Assembly: GCA_052387215.1 (NCBI GenBank)
Contig: JBQTJK010000040.1
Span: 2,530-66,529, forward strand
Origin: Caulobacteraceae bacterium
GTDB lineage: Bacteria > Pseudomonadota > Alphaproteobacteria > Caulobacterales > Aquidulcibacteraceae
DNA length: 64,000 nt
Direction: 5' to 3'
The notes under the pieces are model-generated. The model made no database searches. It was not told the DNA's origin and saw nothing but the letters and a program-made list of their open reading frames with translations. Every line of letters begins with the position of its first letter. Within the stretch, counting starts at the first letter, position 1. Of this stretch, positions 24,340-32,864 are shown one piece after another. The position numbers and the translations under genes are program-made.

Positions 24340-25575
24340 CTAGTCCGCTGTCGTCGCGATGCGGCCGAGGAAGAGGAGCGCGCGCGTCGGCTTGTGGTGC
24401 AGCACGATCAAGAACGGGCGATCGGCCTTGAACTCGATTGGCGGCGGGGGCGGCGGGCCGTGCGGCGCGGCGGTAGTCACCATGTCGATGGCAGTGACGG
24501 CGGCGGCCTCGGTGCCCTCTTCGTCGATGGCGAGGAAGGTCTTGTGGATGACGGCGCTGATCATCAGCGCTTGGTCGGCAGTGATGGCGGAGAAATCGGC
24601 CGCGTCGGTGAACGCGGCGCGCACGCCCATCGCCTGCAGGTGGCGGTTGAGCGTGTAGTCGGCGCGCATTTCCACTTTCGGCAGCGTCAAATCGAGGCGC
24701 GGGCGTTCGGCGTTGGCAAGCCGGTCCAGGTATTCGCCGAGAAGCGCGCCGGTGAGGTCGCGCTCGAACGGGGCAAGGCCGGTGCGTTCGCGTGGAAGGA
24801 AGACGGCGAGCGCGAAGGCGCCGTCGTCATAGTCGAATTCGGCCGCCTGAAACGTCGGCGTGTCGAAATAGCGGGCGTTGGTGAGCTGACGCATCAGGCG
24901 CGCGTCCACGCGCGTAGCGGCGCCGGTGTAGAAGTCGCCGTCGCGGGTATCGTTGGCACGGAATTGATCACTCCATTTGCCTTTGAAATAGACCGCGTTG
25001 GTGAGTACGAGGCGGCGCAGCGGATCAGGCACGGTTAGAATCTCGGTGATGCGGTCGTGCGTCTCGCGCGCAGCCCAGGCGTTGATCTGGCGAAGCGCGG
25101 CGGGCTGATTGCGGATGAAGTCGACAGGCTCGATCGTGCCGGCCAGCTCCTCGCGGATCGTGCGCGCATACTCTGGCCTGAGCGACATGGTGCGCTCGAC
25201 CCAGGCGGCGTTGGCGACGATGAATTGGCTGCCGCCGGTTTGGCTTTGCAGCGATTGCGCGAGCGCGCGGGTTTGCTGCGCCTCGGCGGCAGCCGAAGCA
25301 TCGAAACCGAACGTCTGCGCGATCTCGGTTGCAGTTGCGCCGGCAGCACCGGGATAGACCAGCGCAAAGGCGCTGGCCACGCTGTAGGGTGAGACGAACT
25401 GATTGCCGGGCGCGGCGGCGACAGCGCGATAAAGCGCGGTGTCGAAGTCGGTGTCGGAGGGATCGACGGGCGGTGGCGTGGTGGGTTCACCCGGCGGTGG
25501 CGTGGATGTCACCGGCGCGGCGCAGGCGCAGAGCGCGAGCGCAGTGGCGGATAGAAGCAAGGACCGGCGATGCAT
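24340..25575 (-). CDS. Serpin (serine protease inhibitor) family lipoprotein
   Basis: Lipobox LCAC; SPYS, TNAVYFKGKW, hinge DEEGTEAAAVT, FKADRPF..FLGRI. Confidence 0.95.
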   Translation of the reverse strand: MHRRSLLLSATALALCACAAPVTSTPPPGEPTTPPPVDPSDTDFDTALYRAVAAAPGNQFVSPYSVASAFALVYPGAAGATATEIAQTFGFDASAAAEAQQTRALAQSLQSQTGGSQFIVANAAWVERTMSLRPEYARTIREELAGTIEPVDFIRNQPAALRQINAWAARETHDRITEILTVPDPLRRLVLTNAVYFKGKWSDQFRANDTRDGDFYTGAATRVDARLMRQLTNARYFDTPTFQAAEFDYDDGAFALAVFLPRERTGLAPFERDLTGALLGEYLDRLANAERPRLDLTLPKVEMRADYTLNRHLQAMGVRAAFTDAADFSAITADQALMISAVIHKTFLAIDEEGTEAAAVTAIDMVTTAAPHGPPPPPPIEFKADRPFLIVLHHKPTRALLFLGRIATTAD

Positions 25576-25675
25576 GTGAAGCCTCCGCGTGAGGGGAGAC
25601 GATAACCCGGCTCAGGCTTTGGCGCATCTGGCGGCCGCAGGCTGCTGAGTGGTAGGAACCGAGGCGAGATCTACC

Positions 25676-25972
25676 GTGACGCGATATCAGTTCATCGCCG
25701 TGTACATCCTTGCCAGTAAGCGGAACGGCACGCTGTACGCCGGCGTCAGCAGCGATCTCGTGCCGCGCATTCAGCTGCACCGTGAAGGGCAAATAGAAGG
25801 CTTCACGCAGAAGTATGGTTGCCGTCTACTCGTTTGGTACGAACAGCACGCGTACATGATTGAAGCAATCAAACGCGAGAAGCAGATCAAGCGATGGAGA
25901 CGCGCTTGGAAACTCAAGCTGATTGAAGACCTCAATCCAACGTGGCGGGATTTATTCTTGGATCTCGTCTGA
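25676..25972 (+). CDS. GIY-YIG nuclease family small protein
   Basis: VYILASKRNGTLYAGVSSDL..FTQKYG..LVWYE..AIKREKQIKRWRRAWK..NPTWRDL. Confidence 0.92.
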   Translation: MTRYQFIAVYILASKRNGTLYAGVSSDLVPRIQLHREGQIEGFTQKYGCRLLVWYEQHAYMIEAIKREKQIKRWRRAWKLKLIEDLNPTWRDLFLDLV

Positions 25973-25982
25973 CCTCCCAAAC

Positions 25983-26090
25983 TAGCGTCATCCCGGCCGA
26001 CCGAAGGGCGAGCCGGGACCCAGAAGGTTGAGCGTGCCGCTCTGGGTCCCGGCTCTACGGCGCTTCGCGCCTCCGGCCGGGATGACGCTA
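25983..26090. repeat. 108-bp CGTC-tagged nested palindromic repeat
   Basis: Perfect 17-bp outer IR TAGCGTCATCCCGGCCG and perfect 15-bp inner IR GAGCCGGGACCCAGA; lies directly after the GIY-YIG gene. Confidence 0.85.
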
Positions 26091-26106
26091 AAGACTAAGG
26101 ACTCTT

Positions 26107-27480
26107 CTATCCTTTCCGCCGCCATGTGCTGCCGTTGGCACTGTCCATCACTTCGACCCCGCGCTCTGCAAGCGCGTCGCGGATGCGATCGGACTCGGCG
26201 TAGTTCTTTGCGGCGCGGGCGGCGACGCGTTCGGCGACGAGCGCATCGATCTCGGCGGCTTCATCGCCGAAGCTGGCGCGGAACCAGTGTTCGGGATCGC
26301 CTTGCAGCACGCCGAGCAGGTTCGCAGCGGCGAGCAGTTCGGCCTTCGCCTTCGCTTGCTCGGCGGCTGTCTTGGCGATGTTGGCGGTGGTGGCGAGCGC
26401 GGAGAGTTCGGCGATGGCTGCGGGCGTGTTGAGATCGTCGGCGAGCGCTTCGACGAAGGCAGTTGGCGCTTCGGCGGGGGGCGCCTGCTCGTCCTTCAAG
26501 CGCAGCACAGCGCCGTAGAGGCGATCGAGGCTGGCTTGGGCCTGCTTCAGCAGATCATCGCTCCAATCCAACGGCGCCTTGTAGTGCGCGCTCAGCAAAG
26601 CCCAGCGGATGGTTTCGCCTTGCCAGCCCTGCTCCAGTAACTCGCGCGGCGTGACGATGTTGCCCAGCGATTTCGACATCTTGGTCGCGTCCATGGTGAG
26701 GAAGCCGTTGTGCATCCACACGCGCGCCAAAGGATGGCCGTGTGCGGTTTCGCTCTGGGCGATTTCGTTTTCGTGGTGCGGGAAGATGAGGTCGACGCCG
26801 CCACCGTGAATGTCGATCGGCGAGCCGAGTTCCTCGATCATCGCCGAGCACTCGATGTGCCAGCCGGGGCGGCCCTGCCCGAACGGCGCCTCCCATGAAG
26901 GTTCGCCGGGCTTCGAGGTCTTCCACAGCGCGAAGTCGGACGGATGACGCTTGTCGTCTTCGCCTTCGACACGCGCGCCGGCTTTGAGATCGTCTTGGGC
27001 ACGGCGCGAGAGCTTGCCGTAATCGTCGTCGGCGGCGACGGAGAAATAGACGCCGCTCGACACCTTGTAGGCCGCGCCATTGGCGATCAGTTTTTCGATC
27101 ACGGCGATCATTGCCGACACGTTTTCGGTGGCGCGCGGCGTCAAGGTCGGCGTCAGTACGCCGAGCGCGCCCGTGTCGGCTTCGTAAATGCGCGCGATCT
27201 TCGCCGTGATGGTGTCGATCGGCTCGCCGCTCTTGAGTGAGGCGGCGATGATCTTGTCGTCGATATCGGTGTAGTTGCGGGCGTAGATGACGGCATCATC
27301 GCCGTACTGAAGCCGCAGGAGCCGAAACAGCACGTCGAACACGACCGGCGGACGGGCGTTGCCGATATGAGGGGCGCTGTAAAGCGTCGGGCCGCAGACA
27401 TACATCGTCACCCGCTTGGGATCGGCGGGCTCGAACGGCTCTTTTCGCCGCGTCAACGTGTTGGTGAGTTGGATATTCAT
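26107..27480 (-). CDS. cysS: Cysteine--tRNA ligase
   Basis: MYVCGPT, HIGN, PGWHIECSAM, HGGGVDLIFPHHENE, KMSKS. Confidence 0.98.
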   Translation of the reverse strand: MNIQLTNTLTRRKEPFEPADPKRVTMYVCGPTLYSAPHIGNARPPVVFDVLFRLLRLQYGDDAVIYARNYTDIDDKIIAASLKSGEPIDTITAKIARIYEADTGALGVLTPTLTPRATENVSAMIAVIEKLIANGAAYKVSSGVYFSVAADDDYGKLSRRAQDDLKAGARVEGEDDKRHPSDFALWKTSKPGEPSWEAPFGQGRPGWHIECSAMIEELGSPIDIHGGGVDLIFPHHENEIAQSETAHGHPLARVWMHNGFLTMDATKMSKSLGNIVTPRELLEQGWQGETIRWALLSAHYKAPLDWSDDLLKQAQASLDRLYGAVLRLKDEQAPPAEAPTAFVEALADDLNTPAAIAELSALATTANIAKTAAEQAKAKAELLAAANLLGVLQGDPEHWFRASFGDEAAEIDALVAERVAARAAKNYAESDRIRDALAERGVEVMDSANGSTWRRKG

Positions 27481-27646
27481 GCCGGCTGGGTTCTAGCGGG
27501 AGCTTGTGCTACACTCCATATCCGTTTGGGGCCGCATGGGCCCCGTCGCCTGAGGTGAATTTCGGGCGGGCGTTAAGTCCTGGTGCTCCGTTAGGGGACC
27601 CTCCCGGCTCGACCTCCGTCCCTCAGACTAAGGACCTGTCCTCCCT

Positions 27647-28261
27647 ATGAGTGAGATTCTGAAGTGGCGCTCGCCTCAAGAGGCGGAGCAGAAGCGGCCC
27701 TCGCGCGAAGCGGCCATGGAAGCTGTGCGCACGCTAATCGCATGGGCCGGCGACGACCCGGATCGCGAAGGCCTGAAGGACACGCCACATCGCGTGGTCG
27801 AGGCCTACCGCGAATGGTTCGCCGGCTACGATCAGTGTCCGGCCAGCGAACTCACGCGCATGTTCGAGGACGTCAACGGCTATGATGACATCGTCATGCT
27901 GAAGAAGATCGACGTCGAGAGCCATTGCGAACATCACATGGCCCCGTTCCTGGGCAAGGCGTACGTCGCCTACCTGCCGACCGAGGCCGTTGTCGGCATT
28001 TCCAAGATCGCGCGCGTGGTTGAGATTTTCGCGAAGCGCCTGCAGACGCAAGAGACGATGACGTCCCAGATCGCCGAGGCGATCACTGAGACGCTGAAGC
28101 CGCGCGGTGTCGCGGTGCTGATCGACGCTGAGCACCAGTGCATGTCTACGCGAGGCGTCCACCACAAGGACGTGACGACGGTGACGACACAGTTCACCGG
28201 CGCGTTTAAGGAAGACGCGGAGCTGCGCAACCGGTTCTTGAAGCTGGCCGGCTACGGCTGA
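27647..28261 (+). CDS. folE: GTP cyclohydrolase I
   Basis: [41 protein letters not shown]. Confidence 0.97.
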   Translation: MSEILKWRSPQEAEQKRPSREAAMEAVRTLIAWAGDDPDREGLKDTPHRVVEAYREWFAGYDQCPASELTRMFEDVNGYDDIVMLKKIDVESHCEHHMAPFLGKAYVAYLPTEAVVGISKIARVVEIFAKRLQTQETMTSQIAEAITETLKPRGVAVLIDAEHQCMSTRGVHHKDVTTVTTQFTGAFKEDAELRNRFLKLAGYG

Positions 28262-28962
28262 GCCGCGAGGCTTGCTGTCAGCGTGTAGGGCAGGAATAGC
28301 ACGAGATCGAGATCGCCTGTGCGCTTGAACGCCACCTGGCTCTCCAGACCGCCAAGCTCCACGGCCTGAGCGCCGCCGAAATCCCGCGCGAGATCGCGCC
28401 CCTCGGCGAGAATGGCGCGCAGCATCTCGCCGCGATATTGCTCAAGATTGACCATCGATAGATCGGTCTCGTCGACGGTCATTTCGACGCGGCCCGGCTT
28501 GGGCGTATCGGCGACAAGGCGCTCCACACGCTGGTGAATGGTTTCGAGAGTGTCGTTCGCCGTGACCGGCGTGCGCAGCCTTACGACAAGATAGCTGGTG
28601 TCAGAGCGTTGACCGGGCCCGATCAAGAGCTCCGCCGCGGCCTGCGTGTAGGGACGCACGAGCCCGATATCGTCGTCAACGATGACAAGCGTCATGCCGG
28701 CGCGCCGCGCGCCCGCTTCCAGGCGGCGCAAGGCGTCGATCATTTCCGTACGGCGCGCGTCAGCGGCGCGGGTGTCGTTCCTCACTTCCACTTCGACGAC
28801 GCCGAAATCCGCCCGGCGGGTGATGAACGTGTGCGGCACGGCCCAGCCGTCATAGATTTGCAGGCGCGAACCGGTGACGACGATCTCCTCCTCGTCGTCC
28901 TGCGCGAATGCAGGCGAAGCACAAACGACCAAGGCCGCCGCGAACATCAAAGGCCGAAACAT
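28252..28962 (-). CDS. Exported hypothetical protein with a TonB-box-like N-terminus
   Basis: GGAGGG site; signal peptide ending AFA; [12 protein letters not shown]; only about 236 aa, no beta-barrel. Confidence 0.7.
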   Translation of the reverse strand: MFRPLMFAAALVVCASPAFAQDDEEEIVVTGSRLQIYDGWAVPHTFITRRADFGVVEVEVRNDTRAADARRTEMIDALRRLEAGARRAGMTLVIVDDDIGLVRPYTQAAAELLIGPGQRSDTSYLVVRLRTPVTANDTLETIHQRVERLVADTPKPGRVEMTVDETDLSMVNLEQYRGEMLRAILAEGRDLARDFGGAQAVELGGLESQVAFKRTGDLDLVLFLPYTLTASLAAQP

Positions 28963-29032
28963 CAAACCCTCCCGAGTGATGCTTCAAGCTTGTTGAGCTT
29001 CAGCGCGCGCCGCAATCGCGGCAAACGACATC

Positions 29033-29950
29033 TCACTCCGTCGTGATGGGTCCAGCGGCCAACTCTCGCGTTTGTGAAGGCTGGAGCGACGCAAACTCTG
29101 CTTCACTCATACGTCCGGGTTTGTGCACGACGCTGACGAGCACGAAGCTCAGCAGCATGAGGAGATACCACGCACCCATCTTTTCGATCGGCACGACGTG
29201 CCAGCCGTCGCGCTGGCTCGGATAGACCCAGGCGGCGGCGAAGGTGCCGGCGTTCTCCGCGATCCAGATGAAGAGCGCCACCAGCACGTAGCCTGCGAGC
29301 ATCGGCAGGCGGCGCGGCGTGCGGTCGGGCGTGAACACGAACCACGCGCGGCCGAAAATGAGCGCGGAGAAGGCGAAGAGGCCGAGGCGGATGTCGATAG
29401 TGAAATGGTGGGTGAAGAAGTTGATGTAGGCGAGGATGGCCAGAAGCCACGTCGTCCAAAGCGGCGGGTAGTTGATGTGCTTCAGCCCAAACAGCCGCGT
29501 GGCGCGGGCGATGTAAGAGCCGATGCAGGCATACATGAACCCGGAGAAGAGCGGCACGCCGCCGATGCGCAGGATGTTGTCCTCCGGATAGATCCACGAG
29601 CCTTGCGCCGTCTTGAAGATTTCCATGATCGTTCCGACGACGTGGAAGATCAGAATGACGAGCGCCTCCTCCCAGCGTTCGAGCTTGGTAGCCAGCAGCA
29701 ATGCCTGGATGGCGACGGCGGCGATGACGAGGAAATCGTAGCGCGCGATCGGCGCGTCGTCGGGCCAAAGAAGATGTGTGCCGATCAAGAGCACAATCAT
29801 CGCGCCGCCGAACAGGCACGCCCACGCTTGTTTCAGTCCGAACAGCAGGAACTCGTGGGCCAAGCCGTTCCATTTGGACCGCTCCGCCCAGGGCCGCGCC
29901 CAAGCATCGAACGCGGCCACCTGCGCCTTGATCTTGTCCTTGAGACTCAT
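29033..29950 (-). CDS. DUF817 family membrane protein
   Basis: FLLFGLKQAWACLFGG, FHVVGTIMEIFKT, PLFSGFMYACIGSY, WIAENAGTF..WVYPSQ; start ATG 29950. Confidence 0.88.
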   Translation of the reverse strand: MSLKDKIKAQVAAFDAWARPWAERSKWNGLAHEFLLFGLKQAWACLFGGAMIVLLIGTHLLWPDDAPIARYDFLVIAAVAIQALLLATKLERWEEALVILIFHVVGTIMEIFKTAQGSWIYPEDNILRIGGVPLFSGFMYACIGSYIARATRLFGLKHINYPPLWTTWLLAILAYINFFTHHFTIDIRLGLFAFSALIFGRAWFVFTPDRTPRRLPMLAGYVLVALFIWIAENAGTFAAAWVYPSQRDGWHVVPIEKMGAWYLLMLLSFVLVSVVHKPGRMSEAEFASLQPSQTRELAAGPITTE

Positions 29951-30005
29951 GCCCGCCGACGCTAGCCGTTTTGCGCGACCCAGCAATCCCGCGTAGAGAG
30001 GCGAA

Positions 30006-31106
30006 ATGAAGGTCGCCGTCGTCGGTCTTGGCATAGCGGGGCTGAGCATCAGCGCTCGACTGGCGCTGGCGGGCCACGACGTCTCGGGGTTCGAACAGTT
30101 CGAGCCGATGCACGAGCTGGGCTCTTCGCACGGCGACACCCGGATCATGCGCATGACGCCTGGCGAAGGTGAAACCTATGTCGCGCTGGCGCGGCGCGCC
30201 GGCGCTGCGTGGCGGACGTGGGAAGGCTTGGCGGACCAGCCGTTGATCGAATGGACAGGTGGGCTGATGGCTGGCCCGCGCGGTTCGCCGTTCGTGGCGG
30301 CGTGCCAACGTCTGAGCCGCAAGCCGGCCGCGCTATTGCGTGGCGATGCGATCCATCCGCTGACACGGGGCTACATCGCGATGCCCTACGAGTGGGACGT
30401 GTTCCGACAAGACGACGTCGGCGTCATCGCCGCTGACGCAGCGCGCGCGTTCCTGTTGCGCCAAGCGCCGCGCTGGGGCGCCAAACTGTTCCACCGCATG
30501 CGCGTGGAGGCGCCGATCGAAAGTTTGAACCTCAAGGTAGACGGCGAGGTGAAGAGCTTCGACGCGGTCATCGTCGCCTCCGGCGCTTGGGCCGGTAAGC
30601 TGACGCCGGAATTCGCCGGCAAGCTCGACGTGAAGCGGCGCGTTGTCGGCTGGTTCGAAACGGAAACGCCGCGGCCGTTGCCGGTCATCTGCGCCGACAA
30701 CGATGTCGGCGTGTTTGGCATGCCGGCGCCGCGCGGGCTCTACAAGGTCGGGCTGCATGCGGTCGGCGGCGCTACTGAGCCCGACAATGTGCGTGAACCC
30801 GATGATACGGACGCCGCGATGTTGAGCGAACACGTCGCGCCTTTGTTGCCAAAGCATAATCCGAAGCCAGTGCGGATGCAGCGGTGCCTGTACACCGTGA
30901 CGCCAGACGAGAATTTCTTGATCGTGCCCAGCGCAGCGACGGAACGTGTGCTGTTGTTCTCCGCGTGTTCAGGTCACGGCTTCAAATACGCGCCGGTTTT
31001 CGGCGAATTGGTGCAGGAATGGCTGCTTGGCGTGCCGTCACGCGAACTCGACGCGCTGATGCATCCGGGCGCAAACGTTAATCGGCTCGGCGCAGCAAAA
31101 AGCTGA
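30006..31106 (+). CDS. FAD-dependent oxidoreductase, monomeric sarcosine oxidase / N-methyltryptophan oxidase family
   Basis: VVGLGIAG, GSSHGDTRI, CLYTVTPDENF, ACSGHGFKYAP. Confidence 0.9.
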   Translation: MKVAVVGLGIAGLSISARLALAGHDVSGFEQFEPMHELGSSHGDTRIMRMTPGEGETYVALARRAGAAWRTWEGLADQPLIEWTGGLMAGPRGSPFVAACQRLSRKPAALLRGDAIHPLTRGYIAMPYEWDVFRQDDVGVIAADAARAFLLRQAPRWGAKLFHRMRVEAPIESLNLKVDGEVKSFDAVIVASGAWAGKLTPEFAGKLDVKRRVVGWFETETPRPLPVICADNDVGVFGMPAPRGLYKVGLHAVGGATEPDNVREPDDTDAAMLSEHVAPLLPKHNPKPVRMQRCLYTVTPDENFLIVPSAATERVLLFSACSGHGFKYAPVFGELVQEWLLGVPSRELDALMHPGANVNRLGAAKS

Positions 31107-31189
31107 GCGCCACATTACAATTTCGAGCGCCACACTATCGTCGCAGCGGAGTCACGATGGAGTCACCGAATCCGTTGAGACTGTTTCAC

Positions 31190-31387
31190 ATGAACGCCGA
31201 GCAATTCATCTCCCTCGCCGATGCGTTGCGCACACGCGCGCTTGATTCCGGCGCCGATTTGAACGCGTCCAACTATCTCGTGCACGCGGCGCTAATGAGC
31301 GCCTTGCGCGAACAGCCGCTGCATGAAATAGCACCCGAAACGCTCACGCGTGCGATCGAGACCGCACCGATCAGGAAGCCCAGCTAG
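31190..31387 (+). CDS. Hypothetical protein (65 aa)
   Basis: [17 protein letters not shown]..; amphipathic helical ORF with normal codon style; no family recognised. Confidence 0.45.
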   Translation: MNAEQFISLADALRTRALDSGADLNASNYLVHAALMSALREQPLHEIAPETLTRAIETAPIRKPS

Positions 31388-31500
31388 CGCTTCTTCTTCT
31401 TCTTCGCCTTGCCGGGATAGCAGATCGGACACGGGCCGGCGCCGCGATACTTGTGCCCGCGCGAGCACGTCTTCCAGCCGTTATTGGTCTTCGTCACCAT
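31384..31500 (-). CDS. 38-aa basic zinc-finger-like peptide (below the ORF track cutoff)
   Basis: [38 protein letters not shown]; C-x3-H..C-x2-C; ATG 6 nt after the stop of the upstream gene. Confidence 0.65.
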   Translation of the reverse strand: MVTKTNNGWKTCSRGHKYRGAGPCPICYPGKAKKKKKR

Positions 31501-31506
31501 GCCGCT

Positions 31507-32796
31507 TCAAGAGGCGCGCGGGTCGGGCGCACCCCGTTGCATCATGCGCGGATCCTGCGGCTCAGCTGCGGGCGTCACGCCATAACTGGCGAAGATCTGT
31601 TCCAGCGAAGGGTCGATTGCGAGCGCCGCGCTCAGATCCGCCTGGCTTTCCTCGGTTCTGCCAAGCCGAAGTTTCGCGATGCCGCGCCCGTAGAGCGCGT
31701 GCGCGTAAGCAGGGTCGATGCGGAGCGCTTCGTCGTAATCAGCGACCGCGCCTTCGAAATCGCCCATGCGCAGCCTGACGAGCGCACGGCTGTCCAGCGT
31801 GTATCGCGAGTCAGGTGCGAGCTGCAGCGACGCGTTGCAGTCCTCTAGCGCCAGATCCAATTCTTGTCCCCAAACCGCGCGCGCCCAGCAGCGGCTGTTG
31901 TAGGCCTCCGCGCTCGGATTGGCCGCGATCGCTCGGTCGTAAGCGGCGATGGCGGCCGGATAGTCGCCAAGCGCCATGCTTTCCTGACCCTCGTAATAGG
32001 CTTCGGTACCTTGGTAAGCGATGGCCTCGGCGATGTAGCCGCGCTGCATATAGACGCCAAACGAGAGCGCCGCGCCGATCAGTCCCGCCAAACTGACGAT
32101 GAGCAAAGCCGGGAAAGCGGCGAAAATCGCGCCGATCAAGTGCGAGCCCCGCTCCTTTCGGATTACAAACAGAAATCGGATCAGCTTGATTGCGATGACA
32201 AGCGTGTAAACGAGAAAGCCCACAGTCAGTACCGCGACCAGAGTCTGTTCGGACTCATTCACCACCAAGCTCACGCCCACCAGCAAGATGGTGAGTTCGA
32301 CTAATGCCGAGAGACTGAGAGAGATCGCCGTCATCAGCGCTTCAGCCGTCCGGATGCCGCGGAACATGGACAGCGAAATGAGACCGGACATCGCCCACAG
32401 CACGAAGACGTAGGGAATGGCGTAGAGGATGGTATTGACGCCATTCATCGACATGTAGAAGTCGACAACGCCGCGCAAGAATTCCGAACTTGCGCCGAGA
32501 GCGTCCCCACCCGCCGCTGCGCCCGCCTCAGCTGGCTCCGGCTCGAGCCTGAACTTGGAGATGTTGCTGGTGACGCCGGACATCACCACTCCGGTGATGA
32601 GCGCGAGCAGGAACGGTGACGGCAGCGGCCGGTACTCGCCCGTTTCCGTGGCGCGCAGCAGCGCGCTGGGTTTAGTGAAGAACAGTGTGACCGGCAGGAT
32701 CGCTGCGCGGATCACGAATTCGCATAAGGAGCGCGCCCAGGACTCGAACGCGTTGTCGGCTGGCGCCATAGCGTCGAATGTGGATTGCGTGCTCAT
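31507..32796 (-). CDS. Membrane protein with C-terminal tetratricopeptide repeats
   Basis: GGAGG then ATG 32796; about 6 TM helices, then TPRs (AYNSRCWARA, TLDSRALVRL, ALYGRGIAK). Confidence 0.85.
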   Translation of the reverse strand: MSTQSTFDAMAPADNAFESWARSLCEFVIRAAILPVTLFFTKPSALLRATETGEYRPLPSPFLLALITGVVMSGVTSNISKFRLEPEPAEAGAAAGGDALGASSEFLRGVVDFYMSMNGVNTILYAIPYVFVLWAMSGLISLSMFRGIRTAEALMTAISLSLSALVELTILLVGVSLVVNESEQTLVAVLTVGFLVYTLVIAIKLIRFLFVIRKERGSHLIGAIFAAFPALLIVSLAGLIGAALSFGVYMQRGYIAEAIAYQGTEAYYEGQESMALGDYPAAIAAYDRAIAANPSAEAYNSRCWARAVWGQELDLALEDCNASLQLAPDSRYTLDSRALVRLRMGDFEGAVADYDEALRIDPAYAHALYGRGIAKLRLGRTEESQADLSAALAIDPSLEQIFASYGVTPAAEPQDPRMMQRGAPDPRAS

Positions 32797-32864
32797 GCCT
32801 CCCCCCGGGGCTTTGGCAAGCGCCACCCTAGCACGGGAACACGCGATGGGAAGCGCCTCGGGGC

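Noticed and set aside
27481-27646. THF-II (folE motif) riboswitch upstream of folE
   Set aside because: The conserved core I recall for that motif was not recognisable; only weak pairing seen; an Rfam scan would settle it
31384-31500. Ribosomal protein L36 (rpmJ)
   Set aside because: Similar size and basicity, but ligand order is C-H..C-C rather than C-C..C-H and the MKVR.S start is absent
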